Position numbers and translations under genes: made by a program
The notes under the pieces: model-generated
Databases searched by the model: none
Seen by the model: only the letters and a program-made list of their open reading frames with translations
Told to the model about the DNA's origin: nothing
Assembly: GCA_001825395.1 (NCBI GenBank)
Contig: MHWN01000019.1
Span: 1 to 50,198, forward strand
Length of the DNA: 50,198 nucleotides
Direction of reading: 5' to 3'
From: Candidatus Zambryskibacteria bacterium RIFCSPLOWO2_02_FULL_39_26
Lineage (GTDB): Bacteria; Patescibacteriota; Minisyncoccia; Phycocordibacterales; DATDWN01
Shown here: positions 19,799-30,733 of the stretch, piece after piece
Position numbering within the stretch: position 1 is the first letter of the stretch
How the letters are laid out: each line of letters begins with the position of its first letter

Positions 19799-20308
19799 AG
19801 AATTCAATCTATTTTGTATATTGTATCTAATTGTAAAAGTAACGTTCATGGCTGTATTATGATAATTAAAAATAAATTTTTAATTGTATTCATTCCATGT
19901 AACAGGATAAAGCTCACCCACGAATAATACAAACAGATACTAATCTTTCGAATAAATTTAGTAATTCATTCGTTAAAATTCGTACATTCGTAGATTGGTG
20001 GGCTGGTTCTCAAATTTCCTAATAGAAATCGGCTAATTAGTACACCTCGGCTCAACACATTACTGTGCTTACACCTAGTGCCTATCACGTAATAATCTCT
20101 TACGGGCCTCAAACGATTCCTAATCTTGAAGTTGGCTTCATGCTTAGATGCTTTCAGCATTTATCCATTCCCGACTTAGCTACTCTGCGGTGCCCTTGGC
20201 AGGACAGCAGACACACCAGAGGTCAGTTCATCCCGGTCCTCTCGTACTAGGGACAAATCTTCTCAAGAATCAACGCCTACAGTAGATAGGAGACCAACCT
20301 GTCTCACG

Positions 20309-20918
20309 CATGTTCCCACAAATTACTTTGTGCATTGGACTATAACTTGATCAAGTCCAAAGTCTGTAAAGTCGTAAAGTCTTTAAAGGAAATTCCTTTA
20401 GGGACTTTATGGACTTTTAACTTTCGACTCAACTGTTGATGTTTAGTCTCTACGGGCACTTATGAAGTTGAGAGAAGGAGCGAAGAAAAATCTTCGCTGA
20501 AGGAGTGTGGGCCGAAAGGAGACTCCGGCCAATCAAGACAATCAAGCTTGAACCAGCGCGAAGCTTACAATCCAAGCGCCTAGTCACTTTCTAGTATTAT
20601 CAAGTCCAGAAATGCACTCCCGACTCCACACATCCTTCTCTCAACTTCATAAACTTCCCTCGGTATTACCCACACATATGGGTTCCACCGATATAAATCA
20701 ACTTTAACCCCTCCCTCCTCGTACGAGGAGGGAGGGAACCGCCGTGATTTGATTGATCTCGCCCTGCGAAGCTCGTAATCGAGCGAAGTAGGGGCTCTAT
20801 CTTTTATTTGCAGAAATAAATTTCTGCAATTTTAAAACGAACTATATTATTTTTTGCCTCTGAGGATTCAGATTGTGGAGGAATCATTATATATCTTGCG
20901 ATATGATATGAATCCTCC
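20309..20918 (-). ncRNA. ORF-less group I intron after 23S U2593
   Basis: TCAGACCGT|CGTGAGAC split, terminal G, guide TCACG-GCGGTT near 20737-20747. Confidence 0.85.
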
Positions 20919-20927
20919 ACGGTCTGA

Positions 20928-21806
20928 CATGCCTTCCATTATTACTAATGGTACTGACTATACTTTTTCCAGGTTTTCCACTTCTAGAACTGACGTGTTA
21001 GCACCCGCCTCTTCGGCGAGCACTCTGTCTATCTTACTAGACAAGTCGATACGGGGATTATCAATCTTATAGTTCATTACTTCTGGAATAAACGGAGTAA
21101 CAATTGAAATAAAACGAGTATAATCGTTTCTCCCAATTGCAATTTTCCATTGATTTCTATCTTTCACAATTGTTGGATGTAGATGATACTTTTCCTTCAG
21201 AAAATCTGCAATTACTTTTTGATCTTCAAAAGAAAACGAATGTGTGTTCAAGGTGATGTCGCCACCATTATTTGAACCGTCATCCATATACCACACTGCC
21301 AACATTTGATCCGAAAAAATCGGTAGTATTTCTGTTGGGAACTTCTTCACTCCATTTTTATAAAAAATTTCGTGAATTATTCCAAAGTTTTTTAGACTTT
21401 TTGTGTGAAAGTACCAAGATACTTCTTTTAGATTTCGTTTCTTGTTTAGCCAAGAAATCTCCCTTGGTTCTTTAGAAACTAAATCTTTTAACATCTTATA
21501 CTTCCACCAGACATACTCTTTTTGTTTATCACCATGATGCACTCGAAGGCGAGCAGTGTAACTAGCTCGTATTCCTTTCGATCGACACTCAAGCCGTACA
21601 TCGCCAAGCAATGACCCTATAATCACATCTAATTGATGTGATGGAAATGCAGATTGTAATCTTCCCACGATATTATCCATTACCTATATTTTACCACCAT
21701 AAGTGATAAAAATGTGCAACCGGACTTCACCGTTATGAGTCAGTTTATTTTTATTTATTTCTTATTTATTCTCGTAAATTGTCTTAAGCTGGGCTCATGA
21801 ATCCTT
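20928..21806 (-). mobile_element. group I intron after 23S U2584
   Basis: GCTGGGT|TCAGACCGT split, guide TGA-GCCCAGC, terminal G. Confidence 0.88.
20958..21680 (-). CDS. LAGLIDADG_2-type homing endonuclease (L2584 intron)
   Basis: IIGSLLGDV (G->V variant) and LAVWYMDDG motifs. Confidence 0.88.
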   Translation of the reverse strand: MDNIVGRLQSAFPSHQLDVIIGSLLGDVRLECRSKGIRASYTARLRVHHGDKQKEYVWWKYKMLKDLVSKEPREISWLNKKRNLKEVSWYFHTKSLKNFGIIHEIFYKNGVKKFPTEILPIFSDQMLAVWYMDDGSNNGGDITLNTHSFSFEDQKVIADFLKEKYHLHPTIVKDRNQWKIAIGRNDYTRFISIVTPFIPEVMNYKIDNPRIDLSSKIDRVLAEEAGANTSVLEVENLEKV

Positions 21807-21890
21807 ACCCAGCTCGCGTATCTTTTTAAATGGCGAACAGCCATACCCTTGGGAGCTTCTTCACCCCCAGGCTAAGATGAGCCGACATCG

Positions 21891-22120
21891 CTGTCGTATT
21901 TTTCTCCCATTACTGAGAGGATCGGACTATATCTTCATCCTAATTTGAAATTAGGAGATTGGCGTGTAGTCTCTACGGGTTCCCAAATATAATTTAATAT
22001 ATGAGCCTTCCCACGGTATTGTCCATGGCTAATGGAGTTCACCGTTATAGCCAATTTATTTTTGTATCGCATTACTGCGATAGGCACCCCGATGTTGCTC
22101 AATTTTTACATTGAACGTTA
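21891..22120 (-). ncRNA. compact ORF-less group I intron (230 nt) after 23S U2500
   Basis: GGCACCT|CGATGTCGG split, guide CATCG-GGGTGCC, terminal G. Confidence 0.9.
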
Positions 22121-22306
22121 AGGTGCCGAACTGCACCGTCGCTATGGACGCTTAGGTGCAACCAGCCTGTTCATTTCTGTTTTGTAACAGGTGTGTGGCT
22201 GGTGAATAGACTATATCATCATCCCTCTGCTCACGAGCGGAGGGAGACGGCGTGTTAGCGTAAACCTGTGTTCGAAGCAGGAATACACTCTGATCACAGA
22301 AAGTGA

Positions 22307-22915
22307 TCAAGTCGTTACAGGGTCAAAGAGTTTATATTGTAATGATTCAATAATGAATGGGTAGATTAAAGATTGGAATTTTTTAGTCTCTCTTGCTCCA
22401 AAAAATAACGCGAAACCTTTATTTTTCTTATCATAGATTTTGGTAGCAATGTCAAAATTTTTCTCAATAGTTTTTTGTAATATTTCTGATTCAGTACGCG
22501 TTATGCGACCGAGATAAATAAAACTATTTCTGTTTATTTTGTCATAGTAACCATCATCCATATACCAAACAGCAAGTGTTATTGGATGGATTAAAAAATT
22601 TCCAATATCAGTTGGGATAATTTTCTTTCCATTGGGATAGAAATACTTTCGCCATTTTCCAAAGCTGGGTGATGCACTCGACTGCCATCGGCAATACGAG
22701 TACGTTGCCTTAGTTTTGGGATGTATTCTTTCGAGGTAACTTGGTGTTCCTTGAAATAATCTGCCGAAAATTTTTCCTTTCCACAAAACATAATCTTTTT
22801 GTTTATCACTATGTTCCAGTCTTAGTCTGGCATTCTTCTCTCCGGTTTTTTGTAAAAAACCATCACCGAGAACTGTACCGACCAAGACATTTGTTTGTTG
22901 TTTAGTTAATTCCAT
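22307..22915 (-). CDS. LAGLIDADG_2-type homing endonuclease (L2449 intron)
   Basis: LVGTVLGDG and LAVWYMDDG motifs. Confidence 0.9.
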   Translation of the reverse strand: MELTKQQTNVLVGTVLGDGFLQKTGEKNARLRLEHSDKQKDYVLWKGKIFGRLFQGTPSYLERIHPKTKATYSYCRWQSSASPSFGKWRKYFYPNGKKIIPTDIGNFLIHPITLAVWYMDDGYYDKINRNSFIYLGRITRTESEILQKTIEKNFDIATKIYDKKNKGFALFFGARETKKFQSLIYPFIIESLQYKLFDPVTT

Positions 22916-23084
22916 TGCATCAATTATACATTACATTTTTTCTCTCGACTTCCCACGGGATTGCGCACTCTAGAACTCCTAAAACTTTTTTACAAAAGTT
23001 CGGAGAGACCTGTGCGTGTCAACCGTTATAAGCCGTTTATACCCCGACCTAGATCGTCGGGACACAGGAGTAACACAAAATTAT

Positions 23085-23190
23085 TTGAGTCATGATTTTT
23101 TATAGTATCTGCGGAACCTGTGAAAAGGTGAGCAGAAAGAAAATTTTCACCAGAAAATTATTCTGTTACTAGAAAAAATTATGACGAAAA
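23085..23190. repeat. ~106-bp inverted-repeat element also present after recA (46346-46451, inverted)
   Basis: Colinear match including GAAAGAAAATTTTCA.CAGAAAATTATTCTGTTACTAGAAAAA. Confidence 0.88.
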
Positions 23191-23463
23191 ACAATTCCAT
23201 GTATCCTATTTCTCCGCAAATTACTTCGCGGGAGGACAACAAGACTCTTCTAAACAAATCTATAAATAGATCTATCGCAGAGTCCATCCCCGGGGTAGCT
23301 TTTATCCGATAATCTCCGGCCGCCTCTAACACGGACCGTCGGTTCACTATGTTCTGCTTTCGCATCTGTTTGGCATGTACGCCTTACAGTTAAGCCAGCT
23401 TGTGCCATTACACTATCGCCATGGTTTCCATTCACGGCTAGCTGACCTTAATAAACTCCTCCG

Positions 23464-24099
23464 TTACTCTTTAGGCATTTTGTTCCCTAATTTATATCTA
23501 AGAGATGGAATAATATATGGACTTACAATATTCCTAAACTTTTCAGCTGATTCTGAAATAATATAAAGTCTTAAGTATTTTTGTTTTTGAACATGAAGTT
23601 TTGTTTCAATGTCAAATTTTTTACTTAAAACATTTTGTATTCTTTTAAGCTCATCTCTTTTATATCCAAGTGTATGAATAATATAGGTATTGTGTTTTTT
23701 GGACTTCAATGACCCATCATCCATAAACCAAATCGCTAAGCTCAATGGTGTAAGTAATTCGTGAATAGAATTTGGAATTATTTTCTTTTTTCTACTGTAG
23801 AATTGCTCACCATAAAATTTTAGTAATTCATGTGAATATGTAGAGAAATGATAACTGAATGGTTTATTGTTTTTTAGTCTTATCTTAGGAGTCATTCGCA
23901 CCCAATTATGTAATTCCTTATGTAACCAGTCTAAATATTCTTTTTGAATGACAGAATGTTCAATCTTTAGTTTATAAGTTTTTCCATTATTTTGAGTTTC
24001 CAAATGACCATCGCCAAGCGTAAGACCAACAATAATATCTCTCTGTTTTGAGGTGAGTTCTAGATTCTTTTTGTAATCTTCTATCTCTTTTGACCTCAT
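23464..24099 (-). CDS. LAGLIDADG_2-type homing endonuclease (L2262 intron), stop codon in 3' exon
   Basis: IVGLTLGDG and LAIWFMDDG motifs; last codons CCT AAA GAG TAA are 23S exon sequence. Confidence 0.9.
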   Translation of the reverse strand: MRSKEIEDYKKNLELTSKQRDIIVGLTLGDGHLETQNNGKTYKLKIEHSVIQKEYLDWLHKELHNWVRMTPKIRLKNNKPFSYHFSTYSHELLKFYGEQFYSRKKKIIPNSIHELLTPLSLAIWFMDDGSLKSKKHNTYIIHTLGYKRDELKRIQNVLSKKFDIETKLHVQKQKYLRLYIISESAEKFRNIVSPYIIPSLRYKLGNKMPKE

Positions 24100-24552
24100 T
24101 TTATTTTAATTAGGTTGATACAACTTAATGTATCTACTTTGTGTCACCACAAAGATCGGACTATATCTTCATCCTTTTTACTGGATGGCTGACATTTAGT
24201 CTCTACGGGTATTTATGAATTAGAAGATGAGTGGGTCCGACCGTACGTTCGGACCCAGATGAATTAAGAGCCAAAACTCTGCAATTTTCGTACTACTACG
24301 AGCCCTAAGTCTCGCACCACGCCGCCTGATGCAGTGGTTTGCAGAATATTGTTCCAATTGCTGGACTCTTTACTCATCTTCTAATTCACAAACTTCCCTC
24401 GGTGTAATCTTAATTATATCAAGATTTCCACCGATATAGTCAACTTTTCTCATACCGTTTTCACGATATGGTCCCCCTTATTTCTTTTTTTCGGTATGAA
24501 CCACCTAGGAGGCGCCACGGATTGAAGAAACGAAATTACTTTCGCGTCCTCA
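23476..24552 (-). mobile_element. group I intron after 23S U2262
   Basis: GGGGCGCTATCCT|CCTAAAGAGTAACGG split, terminal G. Confidence 0.88.
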
Positions 24553-24853
24553 AGGATAGCGCCCCACTAAAACTGCCCACCAGAAACTGTCTCTCGTCGT
24601 TTTTGCCGCCGAGGTTAGAAATTACATCAAACAAAATGGCTATTTCACTGTCGAGTAGATTCCATCCGAAAACGAAACCGTCAAACCTCTGACCACTATG
24701 CTACGTATGTCAAACGTAATCTCAATATCAAGTTGCAGTAAAGCTCCCGGGGTCTTTTCGTCTAACTGCAGGTAACCGGCATCTTCACCGGTATTGTATT
24801 TTCACCGAGCAAATCCCCGAGACAGTTCTCCAGTCATTATACCATTCGTGCAC

Positions 24854-24891
<38 letters not shown>

Positions 24892-25704
24892 CAATATTAT
24901 ACTTTCATATAACCTTATGGACTATATCTTATCAGTTTTAATATTCTGATTTTGGCGTGTAGTCTCTGAGGATTTTCTAAGAGTGTCGAATTGTTCTGAT
25001 AATGTTTCAGAAATATATTCTTTTGAATATTTTCTGTTTTTACCTTGAGCATTCATAGTAAATGCTATGTCTACAATTCGTTTGAACCCTCCAATAGTTA
25101 AATGCTCCTTTTTCATAATCCTATCTATAATATCGGTGAATTTCTCAAAATCTTGTGTTTTCGTCGCTAAACGATATTTTCTGAAAAACGGAATTATTTT
25201 TTCTTGAAGAGTCTTGTGATTTTCAACCGTGTACGTCATCACATTATATGGTGACGTCTTGCGGTGTATTCTTCCAGTTTTAAAGACATGATCTTTAAGA
25301 AGGAGAAGCACATCTACATTGTTTTCATGTTGATAAACTTGAAAACAAGGATTTAATATCCATTTCCATCCTTGGCCCGTGCCATCTGAATAGACGTAAT
25401 ATTTTTGTTTTGTCATCGCGACACTGAAACTAGACTCACCATCTACAAATCCAGCCATGAAATAGTTTAAATATTTTCCAGGTAGTTTTGATAGACGGTC
25501 ATAATATTCTTTATGTTTTTCTTTTTTCATTGTGTTAGATGACACTCTTAGAATCTTTCCTGCTGATTGTTCGCGTCGGCTTTTGGATTTTTACCGTCAA
25601 GGTACCAAAAGTTCATTGCGAGTTTTCCAGCATTTGGCCAAATTTTAGAACGGCCCTTTTTGTTTCCCGGCACTTTCTTAGAAAGTGCTGGGCGTAGCAA
25701 AATT
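24892..25704 (-). mobile_element. group I intron after 23S U1923
   Basis: AACGGT|CCTAAGGTAGC split, terminal G. Confidence 0.9.
24922..25545 (-). CDS. single-motif LAGLIDADG homing endonuclease (L1923 intron, I-CeuI-like position)
   Basis: FMAGFVDGESSF, FQVYQH, KIIPFF motifs. Confidence 0.9.
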   Translation of the reverse strand: MSSNTMKKEKHKEYYDRLSKLPGKYLNYFMAGFVDGESSFSVAMTKQKYYVYSDGTGQGWKWILNPCFQVYQHENNVDVLLLLKDHVFKTGRIHRKTSPYNVMTYTVENHKTLQEKIIPFFRKYRLATKTQDFEKFTDIIDRIMKKEHLTIGGFKRIVDIAFTMNAQGKNRKYSKEYISETLSEQFDTLRKSSETTRQNQNIKTDKI

Positions 25705-25710
25705 ACCGTT

Positions 25711-26005
25711 CATTTTGTGTAGTTTTTTGTATAATGATGCACAACTTTATTTTATCATCAAAAACTTTCTATTGTTAACTCATTGTCGCCAATGAGATCG
25801 GACTATATCATCTCCTCGATTTCTCTCGGAGTTCTGCGTATAGTCTCTGAGGGTTTCCTTCGATTTCTCTCAGGATCTTCCCTGCTGATTGTCCGCGCTG
25901 AACAGATTTTCACTACTTGGTGGTTAAACCGCCAAGTGAGTACTGTTAGATTCTCGGATTTTCCAGCATATAGCAGAATTTTTTGTAACTACAACAGTCC
26001 AGTCT
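25711..26005 (-). ncRNA. ORF-less group I intron after 23S U1917
   Basis: GTAACTAT|AACGGT split, terminal G, AATCAGCAGG and CAGAGACTA core. Confidence 0.9.
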
Positions 26006-26180
26006 ATAGTTACGGCCGACATTCACCAGGGCTTATATAGTCAGCCTACAATCTTGCGATTTTCAGTTACCATATTTGACCTTCTGGCATTGGTCAGGCA
26101 TCACCCCCTATACATCCTCTTGCGAGTTCGCAGGGAGCTGTGTTTTTGATAAACAGTTGCCAGAGAGACTTTTGTTGCAA

Positions 26181-26337
26181 CCTCGCACGCAGCGCGAGGA
26201 AATCCAAATTACAAAATCCAAATGACAAATCAATTACAAAATCCAAATGACAAAGTTTTTAATTTTGAAATTTAAATTTTGAATTTGATTGGAAATTTGA
26301 AATTTGAGCTTTGAAATTCCTTGTGCTACGCACAAGG
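26181..26337 (-). repeat. AT-rich hairpin insertion in 23S (H63 region)
   Basis: GC-clamped stem enclosing a tandem ATTACAAAATCCAAATGACAAA repeat. Confidence 0.75.
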
Positions 26338-26871
26338 TAAGCCTTATTCCGAAGTTACGGCTGCTTTTTTGCCGAGTTCCTTGGGGATCTCTCACTCGTT
26401 CGCCTTACTCTACTCGAGCTGACTACCTGTGTCGGTTTACGGTACGGATTTCTGCGTGTTATGCTTAGAAAATTTTCTTGGAAGCGTGCTTTGTTGAATC
26501 CCTTTTGACGTATCGCCAGGTTTAAATGTTAATTGGTATTCTCAATTAAGAGCTCGTGCGGATTTTCCTACACGACTACCTTCTAACATTTACTCAAATC
26601 CAATAATGAGCTCAACATACTACACTCCGTCATTCCATCGCACACACAGAAAGTTCGGGAATATTAACCCGATGTCCATCGGCTGCGGATCTCTCCATTG
26701 CCTTAGGCCCGACTAACCCTGCTCTGATTGACATTGAACAGGAAACCTTAGTCTTTCGGCGTGAAGGGTTCTCACCTTCATTGTGGTTACTTGTGCCAAC
26801 ATTCTTACTTCACAACGCTCCAGCGTGGGTCACCCCTTCACCTTCACAGCAGATGCGAATACTCTCCTACC

Positions 26872-27063
26872 GCTCCGCTCGCATCTCGCTACACTCGATG
26901 CTTGCTAAATTTAAAATTGAAAAATCAAAGTGTAAAATGACAATGCAAAATTAAAAATTTTAATTCTCGAAATTCCTTAATTTTACATTTTTAACTGTCA
27001 TTTTGATTTTTGATATTTACATTTTACATTTAGTTCGCCTCGAACACAGTGAGATGCGAACGA
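26872..27063 (-). repeat. IVS-like hairpin in 23S helix 45 (palindrome family B)
   Basis: AAAATCAAAGTGTAAAATGACAATGCAAAATTAAAAATTTT, identical to the H9/H10 copy. Confidence 0.82.
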
Positions 27064-27697
27064 AACCCTCAGTTTCGGTACTATGTTTAACCCCGATTAT
27101 TTGCGGCGCGGATTCTCTTACTGAGTGAGCTGTTACGCTATCTTTAAAGGATGGCTGCTTCTAAGCCAACCTCCTCAGTGTTTGAGAAAATCCACCACCT
27201 TAAGTGTACTTAACATAGATTTAGGGACCTTAAATAGAGATCTAGGCTGTTTCCTTTTTGACGTGTGGAGCTTAGCCCCCACCGTCTAACTGCCGTATAT
27301 TTAATCTTCCGTATTCGGAGTTTGATAGGTCTCACGAGATTGCTCCCTGTTGAGACCTTCCAGTGCTCTACCCCGGAAGGATACGTACGACGCTAGCCCA
27401 AAAGCTATTTCGGAGAGAACCAGCTATTACCAGGCTCGATTAGCTTTTCACTTCTTATCACAAGTCATCCGGTAGTATTGCACGGCTAAACGGTTCGGGC
27501 CTCCCAAGGGATTTCTCCCTTGTTCACCCTGCTCATGACAAGCTCGCTCTGGCTTCGGGTCTGTACCACACGATACTATAAATAAATATAGAAGCGCGCT
27601 ATTCACACTCGGTTTCCCTGTGACTCCACCCCGATGAAGGGCTTAGTCGAACCGCGTAGTACAACTCGTTGGCTCATTCTTCAATAGGCACGCCATG

Positions 27698-27833
27698 ACG
27701 GCGCCTCACTTCGTTCGCCACCTAAATTCAAAATGAAAATATCAAAATGAAAAATTAAATTCTGAGAATTTTCATTTTACACTTTGATTTCTTATTTTTA
27801 CATTTAAGCGGTGTCGAACGCAGTGAGACGCCG
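27698..27833 (-). repeat. IVS-like hairpin in 23S helix 25 (family B-like)
   Basis: GGCG.CTCACT..GTTCG/CGAAC..AGTGAGACGCC clamp around AT-rich arms. Confidence 0.78.
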
Positions 27834-27890
27834 CGCTGACTCCTTGTAAGCATATGGTTTCAGATCTATTTCACTGTCCTAATCGGACTT

Positions 27891-27927
<37 letters not shown>

Positions 27928-28139
27928 ATCTCAAAATGTATTTAGCCTTACCGGTTAGTACCGGCAAATTCCTCCGAGCTATTCATGTCTCGAAGTACTC
28001 AAGAACAGAAACAAAGAAGATATTATATTTTCACTTACGGGACCATTACCCTCTAGGGTCGCGCTTTCCAGCGCGTTCAGTTAACATAATATTTTTTAAC
28101 TCCTCTCATAATAAATTATGACGTTTCTGCCTTACAACC

Positions 28140-28283
28140 CCACGCAACTAACCGAAGTTCGTTGCAAGTCTATAAAGTCAAAAGTTTATAAAGTCCTTAA
28201 AGTGGGATGCAAATGCATTTCACTTTATAACTTTACAGACTTTAAGGACTTTCGACTCGCATCTTACCTCAGTAAGGTGCGTG
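28140..28283 (-). repeat. hairpin insertion in 23S H16-H18 region (family A)
   Basis: TATAAAGTC.../GACTTT units inside a CCACGCA/TGCGTGG clamp. Confidence 0.78.
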
Positions 28284-28400
28284 GTTTGGGCTTTTGCGTT
28301 TTCGCTCGCCGCTACTTGCGCAATTCTTATTAGTCTTTTTTCCTCCAGGTACTGAAATGTTTTACTTCCCTGGGTGTACTCTGTACATAATCTGCACAGT

Positions 28401-28573
28401 TCCAACACCTCACACAAGATTGATGTTCAAAATCAAAATTTAAAAATCAAAGTGTAAAATGACAATGCAAAATTAAAAATTTTTAATTCTATAATTTTAC
28501 ATTTTCAACTGTCATTTTTATTTTTGATATTTACATTTTACATTTCAAGCATCTCACCTCTGTGAGATGTTGG
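28401..28573 (-). repeat. IVS-like hairpin in 23S H9/H10 region (family B)
   Basis: TCCAACA.CTCACA/TGTGAGATGTTGGA clamp; core nearly identical to the H45 insertion. Confidence 0.82.
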
Positions 28574-28763
28574 AGGGTTTCCCCATTCAGAGATTTCCGG
28601 ATCGCAGGTTGCTAGGCACCTCCCCGAAACTTATCGCAGCCATGCTACGTCTTTCATCGCCATTTTGAGTCAAGGCATCCACCATACGCTCTTAAATTTC
28701 CCATTAGGAAATTTAAAAACCACATGACTGCAAAATATCACCACTGATACTTTGTAATCATTT

Positions 28764-28795
28764 ACCCCAGTAGTAGAGCAAGGCTCACTACAGGG
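28764..28795. repeat. CCCAGTAGTAG...CACTACRGGG palindromic element in 23S leader
   Basis: CCCCAGTAGTAGAGCAAGGCTCACTACAGGG, same family as the 5S insertions. Confidence 0.8.
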
Positions 28796-29081
28796 TTTCA
28801 CTTTATCCTGTTACATAAAATTAATATGTAACACTTTTACTTACTTTTACCTACTCCATCTACACTCGAAAAGACCCCAGTCTTTTATTAAAGTGCGATG
28901 GTATGAAGTTTTCAAATAACTTTCTTTTCTGAAATTTCACTTTTCACCCATCCGAAGAATTGGGGTTGCGGAATCAAAAAACCGCTCTTTTCAAAGCGGT
29001 TTTTTGAGCAACAACCAAATAGGCCGTTATCTATACCGCTGTGAAATTAAGTGAAATGTAAACATATCTGTGATGAGTTAG

Positions 29082-29110
29082 AGTATATAGGAAACCTCCT
29101 ATAGTGTCAA
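29082..29110 (-). promoter_or_regulatory. 23S-5S promoter TTGACA-17-TATACT
   Basis: Near-consensus hexamers ~370 nt upstream of 23S. Confidence 0.7.
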
Positions 29111-29368
29111 ATCCTATTTTATCTAACAACCTGGGGATAAAAAAGCCTTTTGATACCGCCCCACTTAGCGATCTTATCCGGCCGACTAAATCACCAAGTA
29201 AGATTAGTCTACACATACATTATAATAGTGCTATAGCACTATTATAATGTATGTGTAAAATATGCATGTAAAAGAATTTCAAATAAATGCGAAAACCCGC
29301 TCAAGTTTTGCAAAGCAAAATTTGAGCGGGCAGACCGTCCTTGCAAACGATTGTCGCAAGACGATAGT

Positions 29369-29731
29369 TTAGAATGCCTTCCTGTACTTTCTCGAGGCAC
29401 GGAAACTGAAAAGCGACCAGAGTAAATCAATGAAACTTCCGAGTACCCCAATCAATATCAAAAACGGTATGACAACGAAAGTGATACTCAAAATCCAGTC
29501 CATGGGTGTTGCAAGATATGGCCAGACCACATCTTTCAGAAAGTGAACAAAGCGAGCAATGAGATGCTTCTGAATACCGACTGGATGATGCCAGTCTGCA
29601 TTTTGAAGCCACCAAAAACCGCAGTACAGAGAAATTACGAAAAAGGTAAAATCTCTTACAACCCTTCTTACTCTGTGGAAAGTCAACCAGCCAACTCCCA
29701 CAAGCTTGAGCTCCGGCTTCAAATCCGTCAT
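29369..29731 (-). CDS. orphan membrane protein (120 aa), SD-led cassette 5
   Basis: TTGACG-17-TAGTTT (29776-29748), GGAGGT SD, ATG 29731, terminator CCCGCTCAA...TTGAGCGGG-TTTT (29292-29330). Confidence 0.7.
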   Translation of the reverse strand: MTDLKPELKLVGVGWLTFHRVRRVVRDFTFFVISLYCGFWWLQNADWHHPVGIQKHLIARFVHFLKDVVWPYLATPMDWILSITFVVIPFLILIGVLGSFIDLLWSLFSFRASRKYRKAF

Positions 29732-30003
29732 GGAACCTCCAAATATCAAACTACCCCAAAAACCGATTTACGTCAATTGTATGTAATATCCAAATAGCTT
29801 GGAATCACCCAAACCCCTAGGAATACCTGTACCGAATAATAATTATGTCAATCAAAAGGCTCCCGAGTGGGAGCTTTTTGGAAACTTTCACAATTTGGAT
29901 GCAGTTCAAGAAGCAAGATTTTTTGGCGACCAAGCTGTAGAAAACTACTGCGCATAGAGCCAAAAAATTAAGGCGACAAAGAAATGCGCCAAATTTGGAA
30001 GTT

Positions 30004-30690
30004 TTAGTGGTGGGCGATTTCGCTTTGAATGCGCTCAATGGATCGTGCCGCAGCCGCCTGTCCCCCAAGACCGAAAGACAAACCAAGAGCAAGTGACACT
30101 GCTACCACAAAGCCTGTGAAGAGAGTCTGGATAAATGCTCCGGCAATTCCCATTTGGGAAAGAGCAACCAGAATGGCAAAAACCCAAACAGCCCATCTTG
30201 AAACTGTTCCCAAGAAATTTGCCTGTGAGAGACTGGCTGTGCGAGCTGATGCCACTACTATTCTTGAGAGCACGTCACCAACCACTGCCCCAACTAGCAA
30301 TATGAGAACTGCAATGATTAGCTGTGGCAAATAGCCAATAACAACCTGTTGTAGAAAAGCTGTTACTTGGTTCAAACCAAGAACGTCAAAGCTGGCAATC
30401 AAGAATACTACGATAGTAAAGTATTTGACTAGACTGCCCAAAAAATGACCGGAGTTGAGATTGAGACCGGATCTTTTTATAACACTTTCAAACCCAGCTC
30501 TTCTCAAAGCCTCATCAAACTTTATGACCTTGATGAGGTGAGTAATGGCCTTTCCAATGGCAACACCTATGGCCCAACCAATTGCTAAAATAACTATTGC
30601 AACAATCAAGTTAGGAATGAAAAGAATCACTCCCGTCCAAAGATTTTGGAAAGAAGTATTCAAAACTTGACCCCATGTGGTTAAAATCAT
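30004..30690 (-). CDS. TM-helix-repeat membrane protein (MscS N-terminal/CmpX-like)
   Basis: IPNLIVAIVIL and YLPQLIIAVLIL repeats, LSFGLGG. Confidence 0.85.
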   Translation of the reverse strand: MILTTWGQVLNTSFQNLWTGVILFIPNLIVAIVILAIGWAIGVAIGKAITHLIKVIKFDEALRRAGFESVIKRSGLNLNSGHFLGSLVKYFTIVVFLIASFDVLGLNQVTAFLQQVVIGYLPQLIIAVLILLVGAVVGDVLSRIVVASARTASLSQANFLGTVSRWAVWVFAILVALSQMGIAGAFIQTLFTGFVVAVSLALGLSFGLGGQAAAARSIERIQSEIAHH

Positions 30691-30733
30691 ATAAACTATA
30701 TTAACGAATAATACCCATATTATACGTTAATAT

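Larger units (their letters stand above)
22172..23285 (-). mobile_element. group I intron after 23S U2449
   Basis: GGGGAT|AACAGGCTG split, terminal G. Confidence 0.9.

Noticed and set aside
19246-20250. ORFs 19246-19512, 19518-19862, 19966-20160, 20065-20250
   Set aside because: Shadow frames of the 5S/23S rRNA and palindromic elements.
24504-24520. GGCGCCTCCTAGG inside the L2262 intron resembling the exon junction
   Set aside because: The match is short and imperfect and cannot be distinguished from chance or intron pairing.
27936-28417. Short ORFs within the 23S 5' domain
   Set aside because: They lie in conserved rRNA and low-complexity hairpins, unlike IVS-encoded four-helix-bundle genes.
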